Part shown: positions 45,106 through 57,012 of the stretch, one piece after another | How positions within the stretch are numbered: position 1 is the stretch's first letter | How the letters are laid out: every line of letters starts with the position of its first letter | DNA from: Escherichia phage slur02 | Direction: 5' to 3' (one strand) | DNA length: 64,000 nt | Sequence record: NC_028927.1 | Notes under the pieces: generated by a model | Told to the model about the DNA's origin: nothing | Database searches by the model: none | The model's input: the letters and a program-made list of their open reading frames with translations, nothing else | Program-made: the position numbers and the translations under genes

Positions 45106-45962
45106 ATTGCCATTTTCCCTTTAATTGCTGGATGCGATTCATAATTTTCAAGGATAAAATCTTTCGGTTTCATGTATTCAGTTAACCAGTAAAGCTGTGT
45201 TTCGGTGTCACAATTTCCAAACTCTATAGGCCAATCAATTTTAAGTTCACACAGTTCTTTAGGCTCACGACGTAAAATTTCTTTACATTGCTCAGTATGA
45301 TTCATATAGATGTGAGTATTACCACCAGAAAATATCAAATCTCCTGGGATAAGATTACACATCTTAGCCACAATATGCGTCAAGGCAGCGTACGAGGCAA
45401 TGTTGAATGGCAAGCCCAAGAAAACATCTACACTTCTTTGGTACCATTGTAAATCAAGATAACCATTACGCACATTAAACTGATAGAACATATGACAGGG
45501 CGGTAATGCCATTTGATTGATTTCAGCTGGATTCCATGCTGAAACGATTTGACGTCGATCAGTTGGTAATTTTTTAATACGATCAATAGTTTCAACTAAT
45601 TGATCCACACCACCGAAATCACGCCATTGTTTACCGTATATAGGACCAAGTTCACCACTATGATATCCTAGGTCTTTAGCCTGGTTTTCATAGTTATCGT
45701 CCCAAATAGTTTTACCTTGAATAAGACTACCATGAGTGCGAAGACGTAAATCATTAACATTGGTAGAACCGGAAATAAACCATAAAAGCTCAGCAACGCA
45801 TGCATTCCAGGCGAGCTTCTTAGTTGTTACTGCAGGAAAACCTTTGGTTAAATCCCAACGCAATTTAGTACCGAACAGAGCAATTGTTCCTGTGCCCGTT
45901 CGGTCATCGGTTTCATAGCCATTTTCAAAAATGTCTTTAATTAAATCTTGGTATTGTTTCAT
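45102..45962 (-). CDS. td: thymidylate synthase, uninterrupted (no group I intron)
   Basis: 286 aa continuous ORF with the active-site region [11 protein letters not shown]. Confidence 0.95.
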   Translation of the reverse strand: MKQYQDLIKDIFENGYETDDRTGTGTIALFGTKLRWDLTKGFPAVTTKKLAWNACVAELLWFISGSTNVNDLRLRTHGSLIQGKTIWDDNYENQAKDLGYHSGELGPIYGKQWRDFGGVDQLVETIDRIKKLPTDRRQIVSAWNPAEINQMALPPCHMFYQFNVRNGYLDLQWYQRSVDVFLGLPFNIASYAALTHIVAKMCNLIPGDLIFSGGNTHIYMNHTEQCKEILRREPKELCELKIDWPIEFGNCDTETQLYWLTEYMKPKDFILENYESHPAIKGKMAI

Positions 45963-46006
45963 TTAGTACCTTATATAAATTATAATACATTTTATGAAGC
46001 TAATAA

Positions 46007-46354
46007 TTAATACGGTTTAGCATCAAATTTTCTCTCAATTTCAGGCGTGAAATATAATTCTTTACCGCGTTTGGAAAAGCGACCAATAATATGATAATTA
46101 TTCTCATCAAACGTAATATTACCAATATCCATAGCTTTCAACCAAATATCGATATTTCTATCCAGCTTTATGTCAAAATTCCAATACGGAGAACTATTAC
46201 CGAAAATACTACAAGCGGATTCAGTGAAACAGCTACTATAAATCTTGTCTTTAGGAACTACTAATTGATAGACACCTTTAATAAACTGAGGACCTTGCCA
46301 TTTTGGCTGTTTCTCGTCTTTTTCTAATAGAATAGGGTAATAATTAAAATTCAT
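46007..46354 (-). CDS. hypothetical protein inserted between frd and td
   Basis: 115 aa ORF with no recognisable motif. Confidence 0.6.
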   Translation of the reverse strand: MNFNYYPILLEKDEKQPKWQGPQFIKGVYQLVVPKDKIYSSCFTESACSIFGNSSPYWNFDIKLDRNIDIWLKAMDIGNITFDENNYHIIGRFSKRGKELYFTPEIERKFDAKPY

Positions 46355-46373
46355 ATTTCCGCCACGCGTTATT

Positions 46374-47200
<827 letters not shown>

Positions 47201-47211
47201 ATTATCTCCTA

Positions 47212-47544
47212 TTAAAAAGGATCAGGAACATATCCGCTAGCTTTAATCATTTTAATTAACGTTAACATTCCTTTGTTAACTGCTCGTGAGATTTCATCAA
47301 AAACTTCATCACTAAAAAGTTCTAACACGCCCTTCTGAACTTTTAATTTACAGCCAACAATTTCTTCATCGCCTATAGTAAATTCATTACCACCAATTCC
47401 ACCGAAAAACTTAATTACACCAGTTAACTGTCTTCCACGAGAATATGGGTCGTGTGATAAAGTAATATGAGTCACCCCGGGTACAGTTTTAAATTGGCAG
47501 CGAATATTTACTTGTGAAATTCCAGTTACATGAATATCAGACAT
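47212..47544 (-). CDS. hypothetical protein (frd.2-like)
   Basis: 110 aa. Confidence 0.6.
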   Translation of the reverse strand: MSDIHVTGISQVNIRCQFKTVPGVTHITLSHDPYSRGRQLTGVIKFFGGIGGNEFTIGDEEIVGCKLKVQKGVLELFSDEVFDEISRAVNKGMLTLIKMIKASGYVPDPF

Positions 47545-47554
47545 AATATTTTCC

Positions 47555-47797
47555 TCAAATAGACTTTTTCACAATTTTCCAATCAGCTTTAAACTGATCG
47601 ACGTCAGAGTGATAAATCCAAAATCCTGCGCTTTCTCCGTCTTCATAAAGAGGACATCCATCGCATTCATCTTCCCACCCCATATCGCGTAAAAGGTGTT
47701 CAGCTTTTTCAACAAGCTCAGAATCTTTACCGATGATATTAAAATACCATTTACCTCTAACTTCTGAATCTTTGATGCTCTGGCGTTGTAATCTCAT
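47555..47797 (-). CDS. hypothetical protein (frd.3-like)
   Basis: 80 aa; early-type promoter upstream. Confidence 0.55.
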   Translation of the reverse strand: MRLQRQSIKDSEVRGKWYFNIIGKDSELVEKAEHLLRDMGWEDECDGCPLYEDGESAGFWIYHSDVDQFKADWKIVKKSI

Positions 47798-47906
47798 TTT
47801 ATTCTCCTTAGCAAGCTTTAATCAAAAGATATAAACAGACCAACATAACTGCTGCCATAATATAAGGTGCGAACATTTTCTTTTCTCCATTAGTTTTGAT
47901 AGGGTA

Positions 47907-47936
47907 ATAGTATCACACTACTACCCTTCTGTAAAC
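47907..47936 (-). promoter_or_regulatory. early sigma70-type promoter
   Basis: Minus strand GTTTAC, 18 nt, TGATACTAT; -35 overlaps the stop of the upstream ORF. Confidence 0.45.
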
Positions 47937-48316
47937 TACTTTTTGAAAGTTTTTCGCAAAAGTTCAATGATTTCATCTACATTGTTTTCGTCAACAACGC
48001 AGTGAATTTTTGTTACGCCAGAAACCTTGTCTTTGACTTCATCTTCTTCAGAAGTCGGTTCTTTATACTCACGAAAACAATGAAATTCATCTTCGCAAAT
48101 TTCTAAAAGTCTATCTTTGAGGTAAAAATGCTTTCCATTTGCGCATTCAATGTGTTTTACTGCTTTATATCCATTAGCGACGGAAACTTCTTTAACTTCA
48201 AACCATCCGCCATTCTCTCGAATGGCTTTAACTATTGATGAATTAGAACGTGGGCTATAATTAATAAATGTATCAATAAGTCTTGGAACAAGTTCATACT
48301 TTTTACCGGTATACAT
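47936..48316 (-). CDS. hypothetical protein
   Basis: 126 aa ORF. Confidence 0.6.
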   Translation of the reverse strand: MYTGKKYELVPRLIDTFINYSPRSNSSIVKAIRENGGWFEVKEVSVANGYKAVKHIECANGKHFYLKDRLLEICEDEFHCFREYKEPTSEEDEVKDKVSGVTKIHCVVDENNVDEIIELLRKTFKK

Positions 48317-48360
48317 TACGGTTTCCTCATTTTAATAGGGGCTTGATAGCCCCTTGATAA

Positions 48361-48654
48361 TTATTGTTCAATCAGTCCCATGTAAAATTCTGCGTCTTCA
48401 GAATCCATGCCATCACAATATTCATTAGCCATAAAGCGGGTGAGGTCTTCAAGAGGACCTTCAATGACAATAGAAAAATTGCAATAATTGGGATCATCGT
48501 GAATACTTGTGATACTAAGCTCAGGATAACGATTACGAATAATTTCTTCAATATATTCAAAATCAACAATGTCAATATCAACTTTAGCCATATTATTTTC
48601 CTCTTTAATCATCAGCAGTATTGCCGATAGTTGTATAGTACCATGGAAGGACAA
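48361..48654 (-). CDS. hypothetical protein
   Basis: 97 aa ORF (start may instead be the internal MAKVDIDIV); downstream of gene 32. Confidence 0.5.
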   Translation of the reverse strand: MSFHGTIQLSAILLMIKEENNMAKVDIDIVDFEYIEEIIRNRYPELSITSIHDDPNYCNFSIVIEGPLEDLTRFMANEYCDGMDSEDAEFYMGLIEQ

Positions 48655-48694
48655 GGATGTAAACCGTTTTGTGAAAAAATTTTTGAAATAAAAA

Positions 48695-48724
48695 AGGGGA
48701 CCTCTAGGGTCCCCAATTAATTAG
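48695..48724 (-). terminator. terminator downstream of gene 32
   Basis: 7-bp GGGGACC stem with a 5-nt loop, followed by UUUUUUAUUU on the minus strand. Confidence 0.7.
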
Positions 48725-48736
48725 TAATGTAATCTA

Positions 48737-49645
48737 TTAAAGGTCATTCAAAAGGTCATCTAGGTCCGTGTCATCAGCACTAGATGAACTACCAGAGCTT
48801 GAGCTCATAAAATCATCTTCAGTTTTTGTATTGAAGTCATCAACATTGAATGCATCCAAATCATCAGCAACTTTATCAGCTTTCTTAGCAGCAGTTGCAG
48901 CAGCACCGCCCATCACAGCAGTTCCCATAACTTGACCAAATTTAGTGCTCAGTTCTTCAAACGATTTGAATTTATCTTTAGAAGTCATTTCAGAAAGGTC
49001 AACCATTTGTTCGAACAGTTCTTTCTGGAAAGATTCATCATCAATGTTTGGAATCGCAGATTGATTCAGGAATTTAGATTCGTCGTAGTTACTAAATCCA
49101 GAAACTTGTTTAACTTTCAGTACAAAGTTAGCACCTTCCCACGGACAAGTTACATCAACTGGAGTTTCACCCATTTCAACATCAACCGCAATCATTGCAT
49201 TGATTTTATCCCAGATTTTCTTACCGAAACGGTATTTAAATACTTTACCTTCGTTTTCTGGAGCAGCTGGGTCTTTTACTACAAGAATGTTAGCCCAGTA
49301 AGAAGTTTTACGTTTAACAAGACTGTACTCTTTATTGTCAGTGTTGTACAGATCATTTTTACTGATGTACTGACATACTGGGCAAGAATCGTAATCACCG
49401 TGGGTAGATGAACAGTTTTCAATATACCATTTACCATTTTTCTTGAAACCGTGATTTACAAGAATTGCGAATGGTGCTTGTTCATCATTTTTAGACGGAA
49501 GAAAACGAATTACTGCTTGACCATTACCCGCATTGTCGAGTTTCAGTTTCCACTCGCCTTTATCTTCAGAAGAAAAACCACCTTTATTTCCAGCCAGTTT
49601 AGCCATTTGTGCAGCGAGTTCAGCAGTAGATTTACGTTTAAACAT
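48737..49645 (-). CDS. 32: single-stranded DNA-binding protein gp32
   Basis: 302 aa; zinc site [14 protein letters not shown]; acidic Ser/Asp-rich C-terminus; strong terminator downstream. Confidence 0.95.
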   Translation of the reverse strand: MFKRKSTAELAAQMAKLAGNKGGFSSEDKGEWKLKLDNAGNGQAVIRFLPSKNDEQAPFAILVNHGFKKNGKWYIENCSSTHGDYDSCPVCQYISKNDLYNTDNKEYSLVKRKTSYWANILVVKDPAAPENEGKVFKYRFGKKIWDKINAMIAVDVEMGETPVDVTCPWEGANFVLKVKQVSGFSNYDESKFLNQSAIPNIDDESFQKELFEQMVDLSEMTSKDKFKSFEELSTKFGQVMGTAVMGGAAATAAKKADKVADDLDAFNVDDFNTKTEDDFMSSSSGSSSSADDTDLDDLLNDL

Positions 49646-49744
49646 TTTTATTTCCTTTTTAATTTAATTAACAGTTGGTGCTATGACGATGTATGACCTC
49701 ATAGCTGGTCAGTGAGATAATTATAATCTATTTATAATAAGCAA

Positions 49745-50398
49745 TTAATACTTGCAAGATTTCACAGTTTCAATGAAAACATTTTTAGCTTTCTGTGAAT
49801 CAATATTTAAAATTTTTCTATAAGCCTTTAACTTTATAGAATAATTATTCCAGACTAAATTATCAGTCTGTTCATCATGTTTATCAATTATATTTAAAAA
49901 CGAATCAAGCAAGATAAACGTCTCAAACGAAATTATGTTCGATTGCAGAAGTTTAAAAATATAACTTGACTGAACTTTTGGATTATATTCAAAGATTTCT
50001 TTAAAAGCAGAAACTTCAACTTTTTTACTAAAATAATAAATGTTGCGAATATCTTCTTCAAACTTAAATTTAATTTGCTTTAAGCGTCCGATATATTCAC
50101 GATAAAACACAAGTGCATCAGCGTCAGAGATGTCACCAATCCAAGCATCTTGGTTAGCAACAAGATTGCTTATAAAGATTAAAGCAAGTTCCTTTAATTT
50201 ATATTTTTCTGATAACTTCTGGAAAAAATACTTATCCCTTCGCTTTTGATAAGCGGCATCAGACACCCGCATGCACCAATTATACTTAATAACATCATAC
50301 TTTCCATTCATATGCTGTTTTATCATTAAGTATAATTTATAAACTGATTTACCATCAATGTATCTTTCACCACCAGCAGGCATGCGGAGTTTAATCAT
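49745..50398 (-). CDS. 59: helicase loader gp59
   Basis: 217 aa; directly adjacent to gene 32 (no seg gene between them). Confidence 0.9.
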   Translation of the reverse strand: MIKLRMPAGGERYIDGKSVYKLYLMIKQHMNGKYDVIKYNWCMRVSDAAYQKRRDKYFFQKLSEKYKLKELALIFISNLVANQDAWIGDISDADALVFYREYIGRLKQIKFKFEEDIRNIYYFSKKVEVSAFKEIFEYNPKVQSSYIFKLLQSNIISFETFILLDSFLNIIDKHDEQTDNLVWNNYSIKLKAYRKILNIDSQKAKNVFIETVKSCKY

Positions 50399-50733
50399 AG
50401 TAGAAAATCTAATGTATTAGTTTTTTCACAACGAACAACAGAAGGACGTAAAAGATTTTCGTCGATAGCTTCTGACTGAATTTTTTCAATTATACCCGAA
50501 GGAATAAATTTAGCAAATTGAGTTTCAGGAATAGAGTTTTCTTCCAAGAATGCTGTCGTAGCTTCAAGATAACTCATTCCAAACTCTTCTACCATTTTTT
50601 CAATAATAAATCCATTTTCTTGGCGGTCAAGAAGCTTTGCAATTTCATCCTTTTCTTTCTTAATTGAAAGTTCTTTTTCTGAAAGACCGGTCTCATCGAC
50701 CGGACGAATATCATTTAGAGAAAACTGTGTCAT
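50395..50733 (-). CDS. 33: late transcription co-activator gp33
   Basis: 112 aa from MTQFSLNDIR; the track extends 3 codons upstream. Confidence 0.8.
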   Translation of the reverse strand: MTQFSLNDIRPVDETGLSEKELSIKKEKDEIAKLLDRQENGFIIEKMVEEFGMSYLEATTAFLEENSIPETQFAKFIPSGIIEKIQSEAIDENLLRPSVVRCEKTNTLDFLL

Positions 50734-50980
50734 AAAGTTCAACTACCTCTTCAGTTTCAGCTTCAAACACATCACGGTTATCTTTATGATACAAAGCTAA
50801 TAGACGATTAAACATCTTACCATCAACACCAAGTTCATCTTTGGCACGAATTCGAATATCTTTAATCAGTTCATTATAACCGGAAATTTTCAGTTTATGA
50901 TCAGATGCTTCTTTAATAAATTTAGCCAAGTCTTCGCCGTGGATAGCTTCATCAAATTCAACCATTTCTTTTTTAGCCAT
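50711..50980 (-). CDS. dsbA: dsDNA-binding protein DsbA
   Basis: 89 aa; position between rnh and 33. Confidence 0.8.
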   Translation of the reverse strand: MAKKEMVEFDEAIHGEDLAKFIKEASDHKLKISGYNELIKDIRIRAKDELGVDGKMFNRLLALYHKDNRDVFEAETEEVVELYDTVFSK

Positions 50981-50988
50981 TATTCACC

Positions 50989-51906
50989 TCAAAATTCATT
51001 AATGCTATTAGTTAATTTAGAAAGACCCGCTTTTACAAAATATGAATAAATTTTGCCACGCGGTGGTAATTTATATGAATTATAGTAATTCACAATGTTT
51101 GAAGCAATATTATCAGGAATATAATCAAAATCAATTAGAACTAAATTTTCTTTATAACGATTATATTCAGATTCTGTGAGAAGCACCTTAGCTTGCTCAC
51201 GGTCATTAGCAATAGCTTCAACGATTGAAGTTTTCATTGAAGGAGTTCGTTCACCTTCAACTCTGGTAAACCAAAAGTCAGATCGTACTTTAACTGAAGC
51301 AACGTTATCCTTTTTGTCGCCTTTAAGGATTTTAGTCATACAGTCAATTTCAGCAGAACCGCTTTTAATTTTAACCCATTTCTTATGCATCGGTGACCAT
51401 TGCTTAACATTTGGGTATTTGTGAAGCTGTGTAAAGTCACCATCCGATGAAATGATTAAAATCTTGTGTCCTTCTAAAGAGAACTTTTTAACAAGAACAG
51501 CAATGTGGTCATCTGCTTCATACTTATCAATATCCATAACAATGTATGGCATATAAGCTTTCAATTCATCTATAACTTTATGACTAGATTCAAAATAACC
51601 TTCCCAGTCCCAAGTCGATTCTTCTCGTGCTTTTCCACGGTTTTTCTTATAATAATAAGCAAAATCACGGCGCCAGTATCCAGATTTCGCGTTATCAATA
51701 CACAGTACAATTTTAGTGTATCCAAGCGTTTTTGCTTTTTTGACATTAAACTTAATTGAGTTCAATATCAAATGACGAACCATTGATAAATTAATTTTTT
51801 CTTTATCTGGGAAGTTTACCAAAGCAGTTGAAAGCGCAATTTGACTAAAGTCAATAAAGCAAATTCCTTCTTTGTAATCTTCATCCAGCATCATTTCTAA
51901 ATCCAT
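50989..51906 (-). CDS. rnh: RNase H (5'-3' exonuclease / flap endonuclease)
   Basis: 305 aa from MDLEMMLDEDYKEG; the track extends 5 codons upstream. Confidence 0.9.
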   Translation of the reverse strand: MDLEMMLDEDYKEGICFIDFSQIALSTALVNFPDKEKINLSMVRHLILNSIKFNVKKAKTLGYTKIVLCIDNAKSGYWRRDFAYYYKKNRGKAREESTWDWEGYFESSHKVIDELKAYMPYIVMDIDKYEADDHIAVLVKKFSLEGHKILIISSDGDFTQLHKYPNVKQWSPMHKKWVKIKSGSAEIDCMTKILKGDKKDNVASVKVRSDFWFTRVEGERTPSMKTSIVEAIANDREQAKVLLTESEYNRYKENLVLIDFDYIPDNIASNIVNYYNSYKLPPRGKIYSYFVKAGLSKLTNSINEF

Positions 51907-51968
51907 ATGAACCTCGTTCAATTAGTGAGATTTCTATTATATACCATCCAAATCTTAAAGTAAACAAG

Positions 51969-51976
51969 TATAAATA
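51969..51976 (+). promoter_or_regulatory. late promoter for gene 34
   Basis: Exact TATAAATA 35 bp before the ATG. Confidence 0.6.
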
Positions 51977-52010
51977 CTTATTATTGAAAACACAATAGGA
52001 GCCCGGGAGA

Positions 52011-55000
52011 ATGGCCGAGATTAAAAGAAAGTTCAGAGCAGAAGACGGTCTGGACGCAGGTGGTGATAAAATAATCAACGTAGCTTTAGCTGATCGTACC
52101 GTAGGAACTGACGGTGTTAACGTTGATTACTTAATTCAAGAAAACACAGTTCAACAATACGATCCAACTCGTGGATATTTAAAAGATTTTGTAATCATTT
52201 ATGATAACCGCTTTTGGGCTGCTATAAATGATATTCCAAAACCGGCAGGAGCTTTTAATAGCGGACGCTGGAGAGCATTACGTACCGATGCTAACTGGAT
52301 TACGGTTTCATCTGGTTCATATCAATTAAAATCTGGTGAAGCTATTTCAGTTAACACCGCAGCTGGTAATGATATTACATTTACTTTACCATCTACCCCA
52401 ATTGATGGTGATACTATCGTTCTCCAAGATATTGGAGGAAAACCTGGAGTTAACCAAGTTTTAATTGTAGCTCCGGTGCAAAGTATTGTAAACTTTAGAG
52501 GTGAACAGGTACGTTCAGTACTAATGACTCATCCAAAGTCACAGCTAGTTTTAATTTTTAGTAATCGTCTGTGGCAAATGTATGTTGCTGATTATAGCAG
52601 AGAAGCTGTAGTTGTAACACCAGCAAGTCTATATCAGGCGCAATCTAATGATTTTATCGTACGTAGATTTACTTCTGCTGCACCGATAAATATTAAACTT
52701 CCAAGATTTGCTAATCACGGCGATATTATTAATTTCGTCGATTTGGACAAATTAAATCCACTTTATCATACAATTGTTACTACATACGATGAAACTACTT
52801 CAATACAAGAAGATGGAACTCATTCTATTGAAGGCCGTACATCGATTGACGGTTTCTTGATGTTTGATGATAATGAGAAATTGTGGAGATTGTTTGACGG
52901 GGATAGTAAAGCACGTTTACGCATTATAACGACTAATTCTAATATTCGTCCAAACGAAGAAGTTATGGTATTTGGTGCGAATAACGGAACAACTCAAACA
53001 ATTGAGCTTCAGCTTCCAACTAATATTTCTGTTGGTGATACTGTTAAAATTTCCATGAATTACATGAGAAAAGGACAAACAGTTAAAATCAAAGCTGCAG
53101 GTGAAGATAAAATTGCTTCTTCAGTTCAATTGCTGCAATTCCCAAAACGTTCAGAATATCCGCCTGAAGCTGAATGGGTGACTGTTCAAGAATTAGTTTT
53201 TAACGGTGAAACTAATTATGTTCCAGTTTTACAACTTGCTTATATAGAAGATTCTGACGGAAAATACTGGGTTGTACAACAAAACGTTCCAACCGTAGAA
53301 AGAGTTGATTCTTTAAATGATTCTACTAGAGCAAGATTAGGCGTAATTGCTTTAGCTACACAGGCTCAAGCTAACGTCGATTTAGAAAATTCTCCACAAA
53401 AAGAATTAGCAATTACTCCAGAAACATTAGCTAACCGTACTGCTACAGAAACTCGTAGAGGTATCGCAAGAATAGCAACTACTGCTCAAGTGAATCAGAA
53501 CACCACATTCTCTTTTGCTGATGATATTATCATCACTCCTAAAAAGCTGAATGAAAGAACTGCTACAGAAACTCGCAGAGGTGTTGCAGAAATTGCTACT
53601 CAGCAAGAAACAAACGCAGGAACAGATGATACAACCATCATTACTCCTAAAAAGCTTCAAGCTCGTCAAGGTTCTGAATCATTATCTGGTATTGTAACTT
53701 TTGTATCTACTGCAGGTGCTACTCCAGCTTCTAGCCGTGAATTAAATGGTACGAATGTTTATAATAAAAACACTAATAATTTAGTTGTTTCGCCAAAAGC
53801 TTTGGATCAATATAAAGCTACTCCAACGCAACAAGGTGCAGTAATTTTAGCAGTTGAAAGTGAAGTAATTGCTGGACAAAGCCAAGAAGGATGGGCAAAT
53901 GCGGTTGTAACGCCAGAAACGTTACATAAAAAGACATCAACTGATGCAAGAATTGGTTTAATTGAAATTGCTACGCAAAGTGAAGTTAATACAGGAACTG
54001 ATTATACTCGTGCAGTCACTCCTAAAACTTTAAATGACCGTAGAGCAACTGAAAGTTTAAGTGGTATAGCTGAAATTGCTACACAGGTTGAATTCGACGC
54101 AGGCGTCGACGATACTCGTATCTCTACACCATTAAAAATTAAAACCAGATTTAATAGTACTGATCGTACTTCTGTTGTTGCTCTATCTGGATTAGTTGAA
54201 TCAGGAACTCTCTGGGACCATTATACCCTTAATATTCTTGAAGCAAATGAGACACAGCGTGGTACACTTCGTGTAGCTACACAAGTTGAAGCTGCTGCAG
54301 GAACATTAGATAATGTTTTAATAACTCCTAAAAAGCTTTTAGGTACTAAATCTACTGAAGCACAAGAAGGTGTTATTAAAGTTGCAACTCAGTCTGAAAC
54401 TGTGACTGGAACGTCAACAAATACTGCTGTATCTCCAAAAAATTTAAAATGGATTGTGCAGAGTGAACCTACTTGGGCAGCTACTACTGCAATAAGAGGT
54501 TTTGTTAAAACTTCATCTGGTTCAATTACATTCGTTGGTAATGATACAGTCGGTTCTACACAAGATTTAGAACTGTATGAGAAAAATAGCTATGCAGTAT
54601 CACCATATGAATTAAACCGTGTATTAGCAAATTATCTGCCGTTAAAAGCAAAAGCTGTAGATAGTAATTTATTGGATGGTCTAGATTCATCTCAGTTCAT
54701 TCGTAGGGATATTGCACAGACGGTTAATGGTTCACTAACCTTAACCCAACAAACGAATCTGAGTGCCCCTCTTGTATCATCTAGTACTGCTACGTTCGGT
54801 GGATCAGTCACAGCAAATAGTACATTAACTATTTCTAATACTGGTACGTCTTCTTCTCGATTTACATTTGAGAAGGGTCCTGCTTCTGGTAGTAATGCTG
54901 ATTCTGCACTGCATGTTCGTGTATGGGGTAATAAGTACAGCGGCGGTTCTGATGTAACTCGCGCAACGATTATAGAATTCTATGATGCATCCGGCACTCA

Positions 55001-55883
55001 TTTCTATTCTCAAAGAGATACGTCAAATAATGTGTTGTTCAACATTTTAGGTACGATGCAATCAGTCCATGCTAACGTTCGTGGTGTTCTGAACGTTACA
55101 GGTGTCTCAACGTTTAATAGTTCAGTTACTGCTAATGGCGAATTTATCAGTAAATCGTCGAATGCTTTTAGAGCAATAAATGGTGATTATGGATTCTTTA
55201 TTCGCAATGATGGATCAGTAACGAATTTTATGCTTACTGCATCCGGTGATCAGACCGGTGGATTTAATGGATTACGTCCTTTATCTATTAATAATGCATC
55301 TGGTCAAGTAACGATTGGTGAAAGCTTAATCATTGCCAAAGGTGCTACTATAAGTTCAGGTGGTTTGACTGTTAACTCGAGAATTCGTTCTCAAGGTACT
55401 AAAACTTCTGATTTATACACTCGTGCGCCAACGTCTGATACTGTAGGATTCTGGTCAATCGATATTAATGATTCAGCTACTTATAACCAGTTCCCAGGTT
55501 ATTTTAAAATGGTTGAAAAAACTAATGAAGTGACTGGGCTTCCATACTTAGAACGTGGCGAAGAAGTTAAATCTCCTGGTACATTGACTCAGTTTGGTAA
55601 CACACTTGATTCGCTTTACCAAGATTGGATTACTTATCCAACGACTCCAGAAGCACGTACCACTCGCTGGACACGTACATGGCAGAAAACCAAAAACTCT
55701 TGGTCAAGTTTTGTTCAGGTATTTGATGGAGGTAACCCTCCTCAGCCGTCTGATATCGGTGCTTTACCATCTGATAATGCTACAATGGGGAATCTTACTA
55801 TTCGTGATTTCTTACGAATTGGTAATGTTCGCATTATTCCTGACCCAGTGAATAAAACGGTTAAATTTGAATGGGTTGAATAA
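52011..55883 (+). CDS. 34: long tail fibre proximal subunit gp34
   Basis: 1290 aa; late promoter at 51969-51976. Confidence 0.95.
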   Translation: MAEIKRKFRAEDGLDAGGDKIINVALADRTVGTDGVNVDYLIQENTVQQYDPTRGYLKDFVIIYDNRFWAAINDIPKPAGAFNSGRWRALRTDANWITVSSGSYQLKSGEAISVNTAAGNDITFTLPSTPIDGDTIVLQDIGGKPGVNQVLIVAPVQSIVNFRGEQVRSVLMTHPKSQLVLIFSNRLWQMYVADYSREAVVVTPASLYQAQSNDFIVRRFTSAAPINIKLPRFANHGDIINFVDLDKLNPLYHTIVTTYDETTSIQEDGTHSIEGRTSIDGFLMFDDNEKLWRLFDGDSKARLRIITTNSNIRPNEEVMVFGANNGTTQTIELQLPTNISVGDTVKISMNYMRKGQTVKIKAAGEDKIASSVQLLQFPKRSEYPPEAEWVTVQELVFNGETNYVPVLQLAYIEDSDGKYWVVQQNVPTVERVDSLNDSTRARLGVIALATQAQANVDLENSPQKELAITPETLANRTATETRRGIARIATTAQVNQNTTFSFADDIIITPKKLNERTATETRRGVAEIATQQETNAGTDDTTIITPKKLQARQGSESLSGIVTFVSTAGATPASSRELNGTNVYNKNTNNLVVSPKALDQYKATPTQQGAVILAVESEVIAGQSQEGWANAVVTPETLHKKTSTDARIGLIEIATQSEVNTGTDYTRAVTPKTLNDRRATESLSGIAEIATQVEFDAGVDDTRISTPLKIKTRFNSTDRTSVVALSGLVESGTLWDHYTLNILEANETQRGTLRVATQVEAAAGTLDNVLITPKKLLGTKSTEAQEGVIKVATQSETVTGTSTNTAVSPKNLKWIVQSEPTWAATTAIRGFVKTSSGSITFVGNDTVGSTQDLELYEKNSYAVSPYELNRVLANYLPLKAKAVDSNLLDGLDSSQFIRRDIAQTVNGSLTLTQQTNLSAPLVSSSTATFGGSVTANSTLTISNTGTSSSRFTFEKGPASGSNADSALHVRVWGNKYSGGSDVTRATIIEFYDASGTHFYSQRDTSNNVLFNILGTMQSVHANVRGVLNVTGVSTFNSSVTANGEFISKSSNAFRAINGDYGFFIRNDGSVTNFMLTASGDQTGGFNGLRPLSINNASGQVTIGESLIIAKGATISSGGLTVNSRIRSQGTKTSDLYTRAPTSDTVGFWSIDINDSATYNQFPGYFKMVEKTNEVTGLPYLERGEEVKSPGTLTQFGNTLDSLYQDWITYPTTPEARTTRWTRTWQKTKNSWSSFVQVFDGGNPPQPSDIGALPSDNATMGNLTIRDFLRIGNVRIIPDPVNKTVKFEWVE

Positions 55884-55891
55884 GAGGTATT

Positions 55892-57007
55892 ATGGAAAAA
55901 TTTATGGCAGAGTTTGGACAAGGATATGTCCAAACGCCATTTTTATCGGAAAGTAATTCAGTAAGATATAAAATAAGTATAGCGGGTTCTTGCCCGCTTT
56001 CTACGGCAGGACCATACGTTAAATTTCAGGATAATCCTGTCGGAAGTCAAACATTTAGCGCAGGTCTTCATCTAAGAGTTTTTGACCCTTCCACCGGAGC
56101 ATTAGTTGATAGTAAGTCATATGCTTTTTCGACTTCAAATGATACTACATCAGCTGCTTTTGTTAGTTTCATGAATTCTTTGACGAATAACAGACTTGTT
56201 GCTATATTAACTAGCGGAAAGGTTAATTTTCCTCCTGAAGTAGTATCTTGGTTAAGAGCTGCAGGAACGTCTGCTTTTCCATCTGATTCTATATTGTCAA
56301 GATTTGACGTATCATATGCTGCTTTTTACACTTCTTCTAAAAGAGCTATTGCATTGGAGCATGTTAAACTAAGTAATAGAAAAAGCACAGATGACTATCA
56401 AACTATTTTAGATGTTGTATTTGACAGTTTAGAAGACGTTGGAGCTACCGGGTTTCCAAGAAGAACATATGAAAGCGTTGAGCAATTTATGTCGGCAGTT
56501 GGCGGAACTAATAACGAAATTGCACGTCTACCAACTTCAGCTGCGATAAGTAAATTATCTGACTATAATTTAATCCCTGGTGATGTTCTTTATCTTAAAG
56601 CACAGTTATATGCTGATGCCGATTTACTTGCGCTTGGAACTACAAATATATCTATCCGTTTTTATAATGCATCGAATGGATATATTTCCTCGACACAAGC
56701 TGAGTTTACCGGGCAAGCTGGGTCTTGGGAATTAAAGGAAGATTATGTGGTTGTTCCAGAAAACGCTGTCGGATTTACGATATATGCACAAAGAACAGCA
56801 CAAGCGGGTCAAGGCGGTATGAGAAATTTAAGCTTTTCTGAAGTGTCAAGAAATGGTGGCATTTCAAAACCTGCTGAGTTTGGCGTCAATGGTATTCGAG
56901 TTAATTATATCTGTGAATCTGCTTCACCTCCGGATATAATGGTACTTCCTACACAAGCATCGTCTAAAACTGGTAAAGTGTTTGGGCAAGAATTTAGAGA
57001 AGTATAA
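55892..57007 (+). CDS. 35: long tail fibre hinge protein gp35
   Basis: 371 aa; terminator then late promoter downstream. Confidence 0.9.
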   Translation: MEKFMAEFGQGYVQTPFLSESNSVRYKISIAGSCPLSTAGPYVKFQDNPVGSQTFSAGLHLRVFDPSTGALVDSKSYAFSTSNDTTSAAFVSFMNSLTNNRLVAILTSGKVNFPPEVVSWLRAAGTSAFPSDSILSRFDVSYAAFYTSSKRAIALEHVKLSNRKSTDDYQTILDVVFDSLEDVGATGFPRRTYESVEQFMSAVGGTNNEIARLPTSAAISKLSDYNLIPGDVLYLKAQLYADADLLALGTTNISIRFYNASNGYISSTQAEFTGQAGSWELKEDYVVVPENAVGFTIYAQRTAQAGQGGMRNLSFSEVSRNGGISKPAEFGVNGIRVNYICESASPPDIMVLPTQASSKTGKVFGQEFREV

Positions 57008-57012
57008 ATTGA

